A DNA stretch of 64,000 bases from Deinococcales bacterium (GTDB lineage: Bacteria > Deinococcota > Deinococci > Deinococcales > JAAFIG01), in contig JAYWGM010000089.1 in the NCBI GenBank assembly GCA_043778225.1, positions 1 to 64,000 of the forward strand. Direction: 5' to 3'. A model generated the notes under the pieces. That model had not been told where the DNA came from and did no database searches. It saw only the letters and a list, made by a program, of their open reading frames with translations. Positions 47,691 to 56,738 of this stretch are shown here, in pieces (the first letter of the stretch is position 1; the number at the start of each line of letters is the position of its first letter). The translations under genes and the position numbers were made by a program.

Positions 47691-47880
47691 ATTCTATAGG
47701 TTATCCACAGGCAGCGATAGTGGTAGAAATAAAGGTGTGAGTTTGAACTCGAGTTCGGTTGTTTTTATAAAGTAATGCGCTATAGAAGAATTTTATAGGT
47801 TTTTGAGTGGTAGTTTTGAAATTTTAACACACTATTAGGTTTGACTTTGAATGTGGATAACTTAGGGTAATTGTGGATAA
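47691..47880. promoter_or_regulatory. dnaA promoter region with DnaA boxes
   Basis: Minus-strand TAGAAT 8 nt before GTG; perfect boxes at 47701, 47852, 47872. Confidence 0.8.
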
Positions 47881-47885
47881 CTTTA

Positions 47886-47979
47886 ATGTTTCACGGGCAA
47901 CTGTTTTTCTGGTAAACAAGTCTACGTGTGTTAGGGGGACAAAGTGATGTTTCACGGGCAACTGTTTTTCTGATAAACA
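47886..47979 (+). repeat. 33-bp direct repeat x2, each containing a parS-like site
   Basis: atgtttcacgggcaactgtttttctg(g/a)taaaca at 47886 and 47947; core TGTTTCACGGGCAACT vs parS consensus TGTTTCACGTGAAACA (13/16). Confidence 0.7.
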
Positions 47980-47985
47980 TATGAA

Positions 47986-48354
47986 ATGGCGTTAAACGAA
48001 TTTGATTTAGGTTACATTATGGGTTTAATGGTTGGCGAAGGCTCATTTACTGGTGATAAAGAACAGCCAGCCTTACAACTTCGGCTTAAAGATGATGACC
48101 CTGAACCACTCAAACGACTCAATCGGCTATTGGGTGGTAGTATTTATGGACCATATAACCATAGCGAACGTCGCTACTATGTTTGGATGCTGCGCGGCGC
48201 AGCCCTTTGGAAAGCCACTGAACTTTTTTACCAATACTTGCCAAACAGTCGAAAACGTAGACAATTTCTCGAGTGGTGGAAAAAATACGCCCATAAACTG
48301 CCACCAATTCCAGAATCAAAGACAGAAGCACCAGCGCTTGAGGAGACAACATGA
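47986..48354 (+). CDS. Single-motif LAGLIDADG-like protein
   Basis: GYIMGLMVGEGSF motif, L..L..LLGGSIY, YVW.L, RKR.QF; stop overlaps rsmG start. Confidence 0.75.
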   Translation: MALNEFDLGYIMGLMVGEGSFTGDKEQPALQLRLKDDDPEPLKRLNRLLGGSIYGPYNHSERRYYVWMLRGAALWKATELFYQYLPNSRKRRQFLEWWKKYAHKLPPIPESKTEAPALEETT

Positions 48355-48908
48355 CCCAAACCGATAAACTCGAGCAATATAAAAAACTGGTCAAAGACTA
48401 TTCACGAGTCTTGGATTTGAGTTCGCCAAAAATGCTTGAGCAATTTGAAACTGGCATTGAACGAAGCCAGCATTTTGCCAATGCTATTCAACCCAAGGCT
48501 CGAGTTTTGGATGTTGGCAGTGGTGCAGGCTTACCAGCTATTCCGATCGCCATTCTCAGACCAGATGTGCAAATTACACTTTGCGAAATACGCAATAAAC
48601 GAGCGGCTTTCCTTGAACGAGCCATCAGTGTGCTTCAGCTTGAGAATGCAAGTGTTTTTCAGGGTGATGTCCGTAAACTGGAGGCGACTTTTGATACCGC
48701 CACGGCACTGTGGCTGGGAAGTCTCGAGGAAATTGTAAAGCTGGTCAAACCGAGACTTATCGGGCAATGGAGTATCATCACTCGAAAAGGGATTGAACTC
48801 GAAACGGAATTTGCCAAACTACAAAAAAATAATCCAAATATCGAACTCAAAACCCAGCAACTCGAGGATGGCGCATGGTTGGTTATCCTGAGTGAAAGAC
48901 AAGAATGA
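48351..48908 (+). CDS. rsmG: 16S rRNA m7G methyltransferase
   Basis: VLDVGSGAGLPAIPIAI, E.R.KRAAFL; position before parA. Confidence 0.85.
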   Translation: MTQTDKLEQYKKLVKDYSRVLDLSSPKMLEQFETGIERSQHFANAIQPKARVLDVGSGAGLPAIPIAILRPDVQITLCEIRNKRAAFLERAISVLQLENASVFQGDVRKLEATFDTATALWLGSLEEIVKLVKPRLIGQWSIITRKGIELETEFAKLQKNNPNIELKTQQLEDGAWLVILSERQE

Positions 48909-48920
48909 AGGGAGGCAAAT

Positions 48921-49676
48921 ATGGCAGCAAAAATCATTAGTTTGGTCAATCAAAAGGGTGGGGTTGGTAAAACCACCACTGCCGTTAATCTGGCAGCCTA
49001 TCTTGCCAGTCATGGACAGCGCATTTTGCTGATAGACCTCGACCCACAAGCCAACGCCAGCAGTGGCTTGGGAATCCAAAAAGCTGAGCTTGGTATCTAT
49101 GATGTGCTGATGGGCGACTCGAGCCTTGAAGCGGCAATCCAAAAGACCGAACAAGAAAACTTGAGTGTACTACCAGCCACGCCAGACTTGGCTGGGGCAA
49201 CAGTAGAACTCACCGACCACCCCAATAAACTAAAATCTGTTTTGGGCAGCTTAAAAGATTTTGATATTGTGTTGATTGACGCGCCGCCTTCCTTGGGCGC
49301 ACTGACGATTAACGCTCTGACGGCTTCAAATGCCCTGATTATTCCACTGCAAGCTGAATACTATGCCCTTGAGGGAATCGCTGGAATGCTTGATACAGTC
49401 GAGCGAATTAAAGTCAATCTCAACCCAAACTTAAAAACCCTTGGGATTGTCGTGACAATGTTTGACACCCGTACCAATCTGGCGCAGCAAGTCGAGCAGA
49501 ATGTCCGTCAGCATTTTGGTGATTCAGTTTTTTGGAGCGTTATTCCCCGCAATGTCAAACTCTCCGAAGCCCCAAGCTATGGGCAAACAATCAATAAATA
49601 TGCACCAATCTCGAGTGGTGCGGGTGCATACAAAAGACTGGCTCAGGAGGTGATGCAGCGTGTCCAAAAGCTCTAG
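48921..49676 (+). CDS. parA: Chromosome partitioning ATPase
   Basis: [42 protein letters not shown]. Confidence 0.97.
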   Translation: MAAKIISLVNQKGGVGKTTTAVNLAAYLASHGQRILLIDLDPQANASSGLGIQKAELGIYDVLMGDSSLEAAIQKTEQENLSVLPATPDLAGATVELTDHPNKLKSVLGSLKDFDIVLIDAPPSLGALTINALTASNALIIPLQAEYYALEGIAGMLDTVERIKVNLNPNLKTLGIVVTMFDTRTNLAQQVEQNVRQHFGDSVFWSVIPRNVKLSEAPSYGQTINKYAPISSGAGAYKRLAQEVMQRVQKL

Positions 49677-50520
49677 CCCAGTAAAAACCGGCGGCTTAGG
49701 CAGGGGTTTGGATGCTTTAATTCCTAAAGCCAACTTGGAAGAAAAAGTAGTCGTTCCCAATATGTTGGCAATTAAATTGCTCGAGCCAAACTCCAAACAA
49801 CCACGTAGAAACTTCAACGAAGAAGCCCTTGAAGAACTCACCGCCAGTATTCGTGAAAAAGGTGTTTTACAGCCGCTTTTGGTGCGCCCACGCGGTAAGC
49901 GCTATGAAATTGTGGCTGGAGAACGCCGTTGGCGTGCCGCCACTCGAGCTGGACTTGAGCAAGTTCCGGTGGTGATTCGAGAACTGACCGACCGTGAAAC
50001 GCTTGAAATTGCATTAATCGAAAATTTGCAACGCGAAGACCTTGGCGCACTCGAGGAAGCAAAGGCATACAATCAACTTTTGGAACTTGGTACAACCCAA
50101 GACGAAGTTGCTAAAGCGGTTGGCAAAGCCCGCAGTACGATTACCAACAGTTTGCGCTTACTGCAACTGACCCGCGATGCCCAATTGGCACTCGAGGACA
50201 ACAGCATTACGGCTGGACACGCTCGCGCGATTTTGGGACAACCCGCCGTTGACCGCGATTGGGCATTAGAACAGATTGTGGTGCGAGACTTAACGGTGCG
50301 CCAAGCCGAAATGCTCAAGCGCGAACCAGCCCCCGAAATTTTAGCCAAGCAAGCTACCCTTGAAAAACCACGGCTGCATCGGCAATTGGAGCTTGAACTC
50401 TCGAGAATTGCTGGTACAAAAGTCAAAATTGTGGGCGAAGACAAAGGCAAACTCGAGTTGTATTATCACAATCTTGAGGACTTACATCGAATTCTTGAGA
50501 TATTGGGCTATGAGGCTTAA
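49660..50520 (+). CDS. parB: Chromosome partitioning protein
   Basis: [35 protein letters not shown]. Confidence 0.97.
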   Translation: MSKSSSPVKTGGLGRGLDALIPKANLEEKVVVPNMLAIKLLEPNSKQPRRNFNEEALEELTASIREKGVLQPLLVRPRGKRYEIVAGERRWRAATRAGLEQVPVVIRELTDRETLEIALIENLQREDLGALEEAKAYNQLLELGTTQDEVAKAVGKARSTITNSLRLLQLTRDAQLALEDNSITAGHARAILGQPAVDRDWALEQIVVRDLTVRQAEMLKREPAPEILAKQATLEKPRLHRQLELELSRIAGTKVKIVGEDKGKLELYYHNLEDLHRILEILGYEA

Positions 50521-50871
50521 ATGACTATTTTTGAGAAAATTATCGCCCGAGAAATTCCAAGCAGCATTGTCTTTGAAAACGAAGAATTTATTGCCTTTAA
50601 GGACATCAACCCAAAAGCTCCAGTCCATGTTTTGTGTGTGCCAAAAAAAGTAACGAATCGCTTGGATGAAATTACTGATATACTCGAGCTTGGACGCTTA
50701 TTTTGTACGGCTGCTCAGGTTGCTCGAGAGGCTTGTGGTTTAACCGATTACCGCTTGACGGTCAATGTTGGGGCTGGAGCGGGTCAAATTGTGTTTCATA
50801 CCCATGTGCATATTTTAGGCGGCTGGATAAATCACGATAATAAGCAGCATCACACTGAAATGGCACAATAG
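50521..50871 (+). CDS. Histidine triad nucleotide-binding protein
   Basis: [20 protein letters not shown]. Confidence 0.93.
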   Translation: MTIFEKIIAREIPSSIVFENEEFIAFKDINPKAPVHVLCVPKKVTNRLDEITDILELGRLFCTAAQVAREACGLTDYRLTVNVGAGAGQIVFHTHVHILGGWINHDNKQHHTEMAQ

Positions 50872-50909
50872 ACACCAATGTAAACCAAGCAAAGCTCGAG
50901 ACTCAAACC

Positions 50910-51575
50910 TTAACCCTCTTCAGGCGGGTCGTTGGGTACTCGAGCGCCAGTCAGCCAATAGCCAAGGCGGTCTGCTAAGTTTTCGATGTGGTCGCCAATG
51001 CGCTGCAAAGACCGTCCAACACGCAATAATGCTAAGGCTTTGGTAATCGTGCGAGGGTCTTCGAGCATATAGGTCACCAATTCTCGTTGCGTTTGTTCGT
51101 ATAAATCATCTATTTCTGAATCCATTTCGGCAACAGTTCTAGCCACGACGGCATCTTGTTCGGTAAAGGCTCGAGAAGCAAGTTCAAGCATGGTCTTCAG
51201 TCTTGCCAGCATCAAGCCAAAATTAACATAGCGTTTTAAGGGTGGTTCGGCAGCCAACAGTCGTCCGTCGTCGGCAACATGAACTGCATAATCGCCGACC
51301 CGCTCGAGGTCAGAAAGGCTTTTAAGAATGGCTGCCACCAAGCGCAGGTCTCGGGCTACGGGCTGATGCAATGCGATAACCCGCAAACATTCGCTTTCAA
51401 TCCTCACCTCGAGGTCGTCTACCAGCCTGTCCATTTCGTGAACTTGAGTGACTGCTTCGATTTTACCCTCTAAAAGTACCCCGCCAGCCAAGTGGAGTTG
51501 TTCACTGACCTGAGAAATCATTCGGATAAAGTCGGCTCGTAGGGTTCTTAAATCTCGTTCTAAGGCTTCACGCAT
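50910..51575 (-). CDS. phoU: Phosphate signalling complex protein
   Basis: HQPVARDLR, DLERVGDYA, RIGDHIEN. Confidence 0.95.
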   Translation of the reverse strand: MREALERDLRTLRADFIRMISQVSEQLHLAGGVLLEGKIEAVTQVHEMDRLVDDLEVRIESECLRVIALHQPVARDLRLVAAILKSLSDLERVGDYAVHVADDGRLLAAEPPLKRYVNFGLMLARLKTMLELASRAFTEQDAVVARTVAEMDSEIDDLYEQTQRELVTYMLEDPRTITKALALLRVGRSLQRIGDHIENLADRLGYWLTGARVPNDPPEEG

Positions 51576-51612
51576 GGTTTAACTCTCCTCGGATTTTTGT
51601 GATTAAAGCTAC

Positions 51613-51678
51613 TGCTTTACGCGGCTGGTACAGTTTGCTTTACGCGACTGGTACAGTTTGCTTTACGCGGCTGGTACA
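51613..51678. repeat. 23-bp tandem repeat x3 duplicating the sensor-kinase 3' end
   Basis: ctttacgcg(g/a)ctggtaca at 51615, 51638, 51661. Confidence 0.95.
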
Positions 51679-52577
51679 AAAAATAAAAACTCATTGCCAC
51701 TCAAGTCGGCTCGGTACGAACCAGCAACTTCGCCGCCCCAAGCCCGCACGATGCTGCGGACAATATACAAACCCATGCCAGACCCTCGAGATTGCAAACT
51801 GCGCCGTTGGGCTTCAAAAATACCATGATAATCGGGTAAAACTGTGCCTTCATCAACCACGCCGATTTTCCAAAATGCGTCGCTTCGGGTTGCAAAAATA
51901 CGGATTCGTCCGGGGTTGGGTGCATGACGGGCAGCATTTTCGATTAAATTGAGTAAAACTTGCACCAATTTATCTGGGTCACAGCGCACCAGCACATCGC
52001 TAAAACAAAGCTCGAGACGTACATCGCGCCGTCCTAATTCGGCATTGGTCAAACGCTGTACTCGCTCTAAACACTCAAGCAACAACAACGTTCGCTCGGC
52101 TTGTGGGCGGAAACCAACTGTTAAATCCTCGACCAAGCGCACCAGCCGCTCAACCTCGAGTAAACCCATTTGGATAAACGAGGCTTGGGTGAGCGGCGGT
52201 GGCTCGAGTGCCAAGGCTTCTAGGAGGCTTTTAATCGCTGCTACTGGGGTGCGAAACTCGTGCGACAAGACTGCCATGACTTCGCGCAACTCCGATTCGC
52301 GTTGCCGTGCTGCTGTAACATCCTCGAGCAATAAAGCACCAGTCACCGATTTAGCAACAAAAGTGCGCCCACTGAGTTCTAGCTCGAGTGAACCGCCCTC
52401 TAAGATAAGTCGCTCGAGCCGATGATGCCGCAAAATTTCGATTGGCAGACGTTGAATAGCCCGTTCGCTCGAAATCCCAAAAAGTTGTTCGGCTGCCAGA
52501 TTTAAGCCCGAAACCCGCCCTTGTTCAAAAAGTACAACCGCAAGCTCAAGTGCCTGAAAAGCATTGTTGAGGCTCAT
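51663..52577 (-). CDS. phoR: PhoR-like cytoplasmic sensor histidine kinase
   Basis: SHEFRTP, QVLLNLIENA, GSGMGL; between response regulator and phoU. Confidence 0.8.
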   Translation of the reverse strand: MSLNNAFQALELAVVLFEQGRVSGLNLAAEQLFGISSERAIQRLPIEILRHHRLERLILEGGSLELELSGRTFVAKSVTGALLLEDVTAARQRESELREVMAVLSHEFRTPVAAIKSLLEALALEPPPLTQASFIQMGLLEVERLVRLVEDLTVGFRPQAERTLLLLECLERVQRLTNAELGRRDVRLELCFSDVLVRCDPDKLVQVLLNLIENAARHAPNPGRIRIFATRSDAFWKIGVVDEGTVLPDYHGIFEAQRRSLQSRGSGMGLYIVRSIVRAWGGEVAGSYRADLSGNEFLFFVPAA

Positions 52578-53260
52578 AACGGTTCAACTCGCATTCGATA
52601 ACCCTTGCCACGCACTGTCTCGAGGTAAGCGGGTTCGGATGGTTCATCGCCAAGGTGCGCCCTAAGTTGGGTGATGTGCTGGTCTACGGTGCGTTCGCCA
52701 CCAATAAAATCCACGCCCCAGACTTTATCAAGCAGTTCTTGTCTCGAGTAGACCCGCCCAAGGTGTCCCGCCAAAAACGCCAATAAATCAAATTCACGGC
52801 GCGTTAAATGCAGTTCTCGCCCCGCAAAAATTGCACTGCTGGCATCAAGATTGAGTTCGAGTAAACCAACCCGAATAGCGCCCCGCAGACGTTCGCCACT
52901 TGAACGGCGCAACAAGGCACGAACTCGAGCTGCCAATTCGGCGGCACTAAATGGCTTGGTCAGGTAATCGTCTGCTCCGGCATCTAAGCCTTCGACCCGA
53001 TCCATTTCCGAAGCTCGAGCCGTCAGCATTAAGACTGGTAAACCCGCAAAGGCTGATTCTCGTAAACGCCGCAGCCACGCAATGCCCGGTTCGTCTGGCA
53101 GCATCCAATCCAAAACCACCACATCCGCTCCAGCCAAGCCTTCCCATGCCTCGAGTGCGGTTTGACAGGCACGAACGGTATAGCCAGAACGCTCGAGATG
53201 AAAACGCAGTGCCTCACGAACCGAGGTTTCGTCTTCTACCAGCAATACAGTCACAGCCAT
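52574..53260 (-). CDS. phoB: PhoB/OmpR-family response regulator
   Basis: LVEDE, LDWMLP, GADDYLTKPF, ERTVDQHI, TVRGKGY. Confidence 0.85.
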   Translation of the reverse strand: MAVTVLLVEDETSVREALRFHLERSGYTVRACQTALEAWEGLAGADVVVLDWMLPDEPGIAWLRRLRESAFAGLPVLMLTARASEMDRVEGLDAGADDYLTKPFSAAELAARVRALLRRSSGERLRGAIRVGLLELNLDASSAIFAGRELHLTRREFDLLAFLAGHLGRVYSRQELLDKVWGVDFIGGERTVDQHITQLRAHLGDEPSEPAYLETVRGKGYRMRVEPL

Positions 53261-53305
53261 TGGTCTTAGATTCTGCGCCAAACGTCATGGTTTTGTCAGG
53301 TCGGC

Positions 53306-54355
53306 TTAAACGCTTCTCGAGAAATCTGCATCGCCCGGTAAATCCAAAATAAACTGGACAATTAAATTGATGCAGTCTTCAATGTCCGAAAGTTGCACCA
53401 TTTCGTTGGGTGAGTGCATATAGCGTAAAGGCACAGACAAAGCAGCGCTCGGCGTACCCTTACCAAAAAGCGCAGTTGCGTCGGCATCTGTGCCAGTGGA
53501 TTTTGGACTGACGGTCAGACTGGTTTTAATATCGTGCTTTTTGGCGCTCTCGAGCAACATGGCATTCAGTTTGGGATTGACCACCGCGCCAAGCGTGATG
53601 TTGACCCCACTGCCAAAAGGCACTTCGCCAACATCGGCACTGTCCACCCCTGGCTGAAGGCTTTCAAAAGTCATGTCTATGGCAATGGCAAGTTTTGGCT
53701 CGAGGTGCTGGACAGCAAAACGCGCCCCAAACGATCCAATTTCTTCTTGGCTGGTAGCCACCGCCGTGACCTCGTGCAGACAATCCAAAGCACTCAAACG
53801 GCGTAGTGCCTCGAAAACGATAAAGCCGCCAACGCGATTATCGAGGGCTTTAGAGACCAATTTATCGCCGATTTGCAAAACTGGCTGCTCAATCACCGCC
53901 ACATCGCCAAGCTGGACTTTTAATTTAAGCTCCTCGAGTGGTAAACCAAAGTCAAGCCAAATATCTTCGATTTTGACGGCTTTGGAACTGTCGTCACCAC
54001 TCATTAAATGCACTGGTTTACGCCCCACAACCGCCATTAGATCGCCATCTTTTGCCAGCACACGCACCCGTTGACCGGGCAAAACCTGCAAATCCCAACC
54101 GCCCAGCGCTTTAACCCGTACAAAACCCTTTTCGCCAATCTGGGAAATCATTAAGCCAATTTCGTCCAAATGCCCACAGAGCATGACTTTAAGACCGCGC
54201 TCGCGCCCAATGGTGGCATAGACATTGCCGTGTGGATCGTGAGTCACACTCGAGAACGCTCGAGCCTCGTCTGCCCAAAGCGCACTGACTCGAGACTCAA
54301 AGCCACTTGGACCGGGTGTTTCGAGTAAACGGTGTAAAAAATTCTGATTTTGCAT
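53306..54355 (-). CDS. M42-family metallopeptidase
   Basis: GPSGFE, GHLDEIG, ALDNRVG, QEEIG, GTDA, RYMHSP; leaderless start at 54355. Confidence 0.92.
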   Translation of the reverse strand: MQNQNFLHRLLETPGPSGFESRVSALWADEARAFSSVTHDPHGNVYATIGRERGLKVMLCGHLDEIGLMISQIGEKGFVRVKALGGWDLQVLPGQRVRVLAKDGDLMAVVGRKPVHLMSGDDSSKAVKIEDIWLDFGLPLEELKLKVQLGDVAVIEQPVLQIGDKLVSKALDNRVGGFIVFEALRRLSALDCLHEVTAVATSQEEIGSFGARFAVQHLEPKLAIAIDMTFESLQPGVDSADVGEVPFGSGVNITLGAVVNPKLNAMLLESAKKHDIKTSLTVSPKSTGTDADATALFGKGTPSAALSVPLRYMHSPNEMVQLSDIEDCINLIVQFILDLPGDADFSRSV

Positions 54356-54368
54356 GAAATACTGTACA

Positions 54369-54430
54369 ACGAAATCGAAAGTCGCACTTTGCACCACGAA
54401 ATCGAAAGTCGCACTTTGCACCACGAAATC
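54369..54430. repeat. 27-bp tandem repeat x2.3 in a divergent promoter region
   Basis: acgaaatcgaaagtcgcactttgcacc at 54369, 54396, partial at 54423. Confidence 0.95.
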
Positions 54431-54468
54431 ACATTTACGCCACCGAATTTTTTTGCTAGACTGCTAAC

Positions 54469-54633
54469 ATGAAACTGGCACTTAACATTGTTCTTTTTGT
54501 GATTGCTTCGATTATTGGTTGCGTCATGATTCCATTCTTGGCAATTCAATACCCCTTGGTTTGCTTGGTGGTCGTGGCGGCTGGCATTTATATTTTCTCG
54601 CGTAGCTTTGCCCAGAAAAAGAAATTCCAATGA
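54469..54633 (+). CDS. 54-aa small membrane protein (not in ORF track)
   Basis: TAGACT-N6-ATG; MKLALNIVLFVIASIIGCVMIPFLAIQYPLVCLVVVAAGIYIFSRSFAQKKKFQ; stop overlaps hpt start. Confidence 0.7.
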   Translation: MKLALNIVLFVIASIIGCVMIPFLAIQYPLVCLVVVAAGIYIFSRSFAQKKKFQ

Positions 54634-55163
54634 ATTTTTTTAACCCCGGCGACGGCGAAGTTCACATCTCGCAAGAAGAAATTCAAGCACGGATTGCCCA
54701 ACTTGGAGCCCAAATCACTCAAGACTACACGGGTAAACAACCACACCTGATTTGTGTCTTGAATGGCGCGTACCACTTTATGTCTGACCTTTCTCGAGCC
54801 ATTCATTTGCCAATTACGGTGGACTTTTTGGCGGTCTCGAGTTATGGCGTGGAAACCAAAACCAGTGGCGAAGTCAAATTGGTCAAAGATTTATCGTTGC
54901 CACTCTCTGGGCGCGAAGTGATTCTGGTCGAAGACATTGTGGACACCGGTTTAACCATGAACTACTTACTGGGTTATCTTGAGGGACGCGGACCAAACAG
55001 CCTCAAAGTGGCAGCCTTACTCTCAAAACCCTCGAGAAGAAAAATAAAAGTTCCAGTGGACTACCTTGGCTTTGAAATCCCCGATGCCTACGTGTACGGC
55101 TATGGACTTGACCGCGCCCATTTTGACCGCAATATCCCGTTTATCTCGAGTATCAAAAGCTAA
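54630..55163 (+). CDS. hpt: Hypoxanthine phosphoribosyltransferase
   Basis: VSSYG, ILVEDIVDTGLT, GYGLD. Confidence 0.96.
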   Translation: MNFFNPGDGEVHISQEEIQARIAQLGAQITQDYTGKQPHLICVLNGAYHFMSDLSRAIHLPITVDFLAVSSYGVETKTSGEVKLVKDLSLPLSGREVILVEDIVDTGLTMNYLLGYLEGRGPNSLKVAALLSKPSRRKIKVPVDYLGFEIPDAYVYGYGLDRAHFDRNIPFISSIKS

Positions 55164-55238
55164 GGGAAAAAGGGAAAAAGTAAAAAAGGTGAAAAGTTTT
55201 ACGACCTTTTACCCTTTTCACCTTTTGACCCTTTAACC
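55163..55238. repeat. Intergenic palindrome of the octamer family
   Basis: aaaaggtgaaaag (55184) / cttttcacctttt (55214) with flanking degenerate octamers. Confidence 0.8.
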
Positions 55239-55247
55239 TATGCTTCT

Positions 55248-55913
55248 ATGCTCAAGAAACCTTGTTTGATTGTGTCCTGCCAAGCCCGCGACGATAACCC
55301 ACTGACTGGAGCGATTTTTATGCAAGCGATGGCACTGGCAGCATTGCAAGGCGGGGCGGATGCAATTCGTGCCAATGGGGCAGCCGATATTGTGGCAATT
55401 CGGCAAATTACCGATAAACCAATTATTGGTTTACTAAAAAAAGACGTGTTGGATTTTGAGGTTTATATCACTCCAGACCTCGAGAGCGTAGAAGAGATTG
55501 TTGAAGCTGGCGCAGATTATATTGCGCTTGACGTGACGCACCGCAGCCGCCCTGTGATGCTCGAGGTGCTGTTTGCCAAAATCCAGAGCCTTGGTAAAAA
55601 AGTCTTTGCCGATTGTGCCACGCTGTCCGATGCCACTCGAGCCGCCGCGCTAGGGGCAGATGTGGTCAGTACCACAATGGCTGGCTACACCCCAGAAACC
55701 GAAGCCCAGAAGACCGACGAACCAGACTTTGCCCTGCTCGAGCAAATCTGCCAGAGCGTGAACATCCCTGTGGTTGCGGAGGGACGATTCTGGACACCAG
55801 AACAGGTTGCAAGAGCTTTTGTCATAGGTGCAAACGGTGTGGTGGTTGGAACTGCCATCACCAATCCTCGAGACATTACCAAGCGTTTTAAGGCGGTTAT
55901 ACCCAAAAACTAA
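55248..55913 (+). CDS. nanE: N-acetylmannosamine-6-phosphate 2-epimerase
   Basis: IVSCQA, IRANG, YITP, TTMAGYT, AEGR, VVGTAITNP. Confidence 0.93.
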   Translation: MLKKPCLIVSCQARDDNPLTGAIFMQAMALAALQGGADAIRANGAADIVAIRQITDKPIIGLLKKDVLDFEVYITPDLESVEEIVEAGADYIALDVTHRSRPVMLEVLFAKIQSLGKKVFADCATLSDATRAAALGADVVSTTMAGYTPETEAQKTDEPDFALLEQICQSVNIPVVAEGRFWTPEQVARAFVIGANGVVVGTAITNPRDITKRFKAVIPKN

Positions 55914-55925
55914 GCAACCAGACCC

Positions 55926-56399
55926 CTAGCTCATGCCTTGACTCACGCCATGTCCAAATTCTCGAGTCAGGCGTTCAATTGCAGTTTTAGCCGTGGCTTG
56001 TGCCATTTTTTCAAAGGCTCGCCCACCCCATTTATCGGTGCTAGGTAATTCGAGATAAACCGCGATTTGCAGCGCATAGTGAATCTGGGTTTGGTTGTTG
56101 GTTTGCACTGCCCTGCCTTGCCCAGAAACGGCTGCCCATGCCCGACCCTCGCGCTTTTGGGCAACTAGGTTTGCGCCCGTGGCGTGTGGCTCGAGAATCG
56201 AATCAAAATCGAGGCATTGCGAACCCAAGACTGGCACATCCACCACAAGGTCAGCAAAAATATGATTTTGCTCGAGTCGTAAATTTTCTATAAACGAGAC
56301 ATGAGCCAAACTTTTTTTGACATCGGTTAGGTACAAAACAGCTTGCTCGAGCGAGTCTGGGTACTCGAGAATAAAGTCTTTTGAGACTTCAATAATCAT
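55926..56399 (-). CDS. DUF3809-like protein (Deinococcota-specific)
   Basis: AWAAVSG.G, KWGGRAFEKM; coupled to DUF3248-like gene. Confidence 0.7.
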   Translation of the reverse strand: MIIEVSKDFILEYPDSLEQAVLYLTDVKKSLAHVSFIENLRLEQNHIFADLVVDVPVLGSQCLDFDSILEPHATGANLVAQKREGRAWAAVSGQGRAVQTNNQTQIHYALQIAVYLELPSTDKWGGRAFEKMAQATAKTAIERLTREFGHGVSQGMS

Positions 56400-56647
56400 T
56401 CAATCCACTCGACCGTCAAAGCGCCATCTTTGGCGGCGGCGGCAATTTCTTGGTCAGTCGCACCACGCAACTTGGGTAAATCACGAAAACTTTGGGTCGC
56501 ATCGGCATAACCGACCCGCACAATAATGCCCTCAGAAACTTCATCCTTGCCGATTTTCCAGACCAACTGATTGCCAAGGGTTTCGAGTTGTTCGCGCAGT
56601 ACCCGAGATTCGGGGATGGCGGCTGCGTCTTCAAACAAATCATTCAC
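56396..56647 (-). CDS. DUF3248-like protein (Deinococcota-specific)
   Basis: LVWKIGK, VRVGYA, LPKLR, VEWIE. Confidence 0.75.
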   Translation of the reverse strand: MNDLFEDAAAIPESRVLREQLETLGNQLVWKIGKDEVSEGIIVRVGYADATQSFRDLPKLRGATDQEIAAAAKDGALTVEWIE

Positions 56648-56738
56648 GCCTCAGAATACTGCGCTGTGGCTGACTTGAGCAAGTATAGAAGAAAACATCC
56701 CCAGACTACAGAGCGTGAACTAACGCTCGAGCAATGAT

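Noticed and set aside
47886..47979. Mini-CRISPR (33-bp repeat, 28-bp spacer)
   Set aside because: Only two repeats, no cas genes, and a parS-like core beside parAB explains it better
47986..48354. Group I intron or intein
   Set aside because: No interrupted host gene, no intein terminal residues, no evident ribozyme
53281..53300. Pho box upstream of phoB (GTCA x2, 11 bp apart)
   Set aside because: Only 4-bp matches and orientation opposite to the canonical box; too weak to call
54356..54424. N-terminal VQSATFDFV repeats on the M42 peptidase
   Set aside because: Read-through of the 27-bp tandem repeat; leaderless start at 54355 fits better
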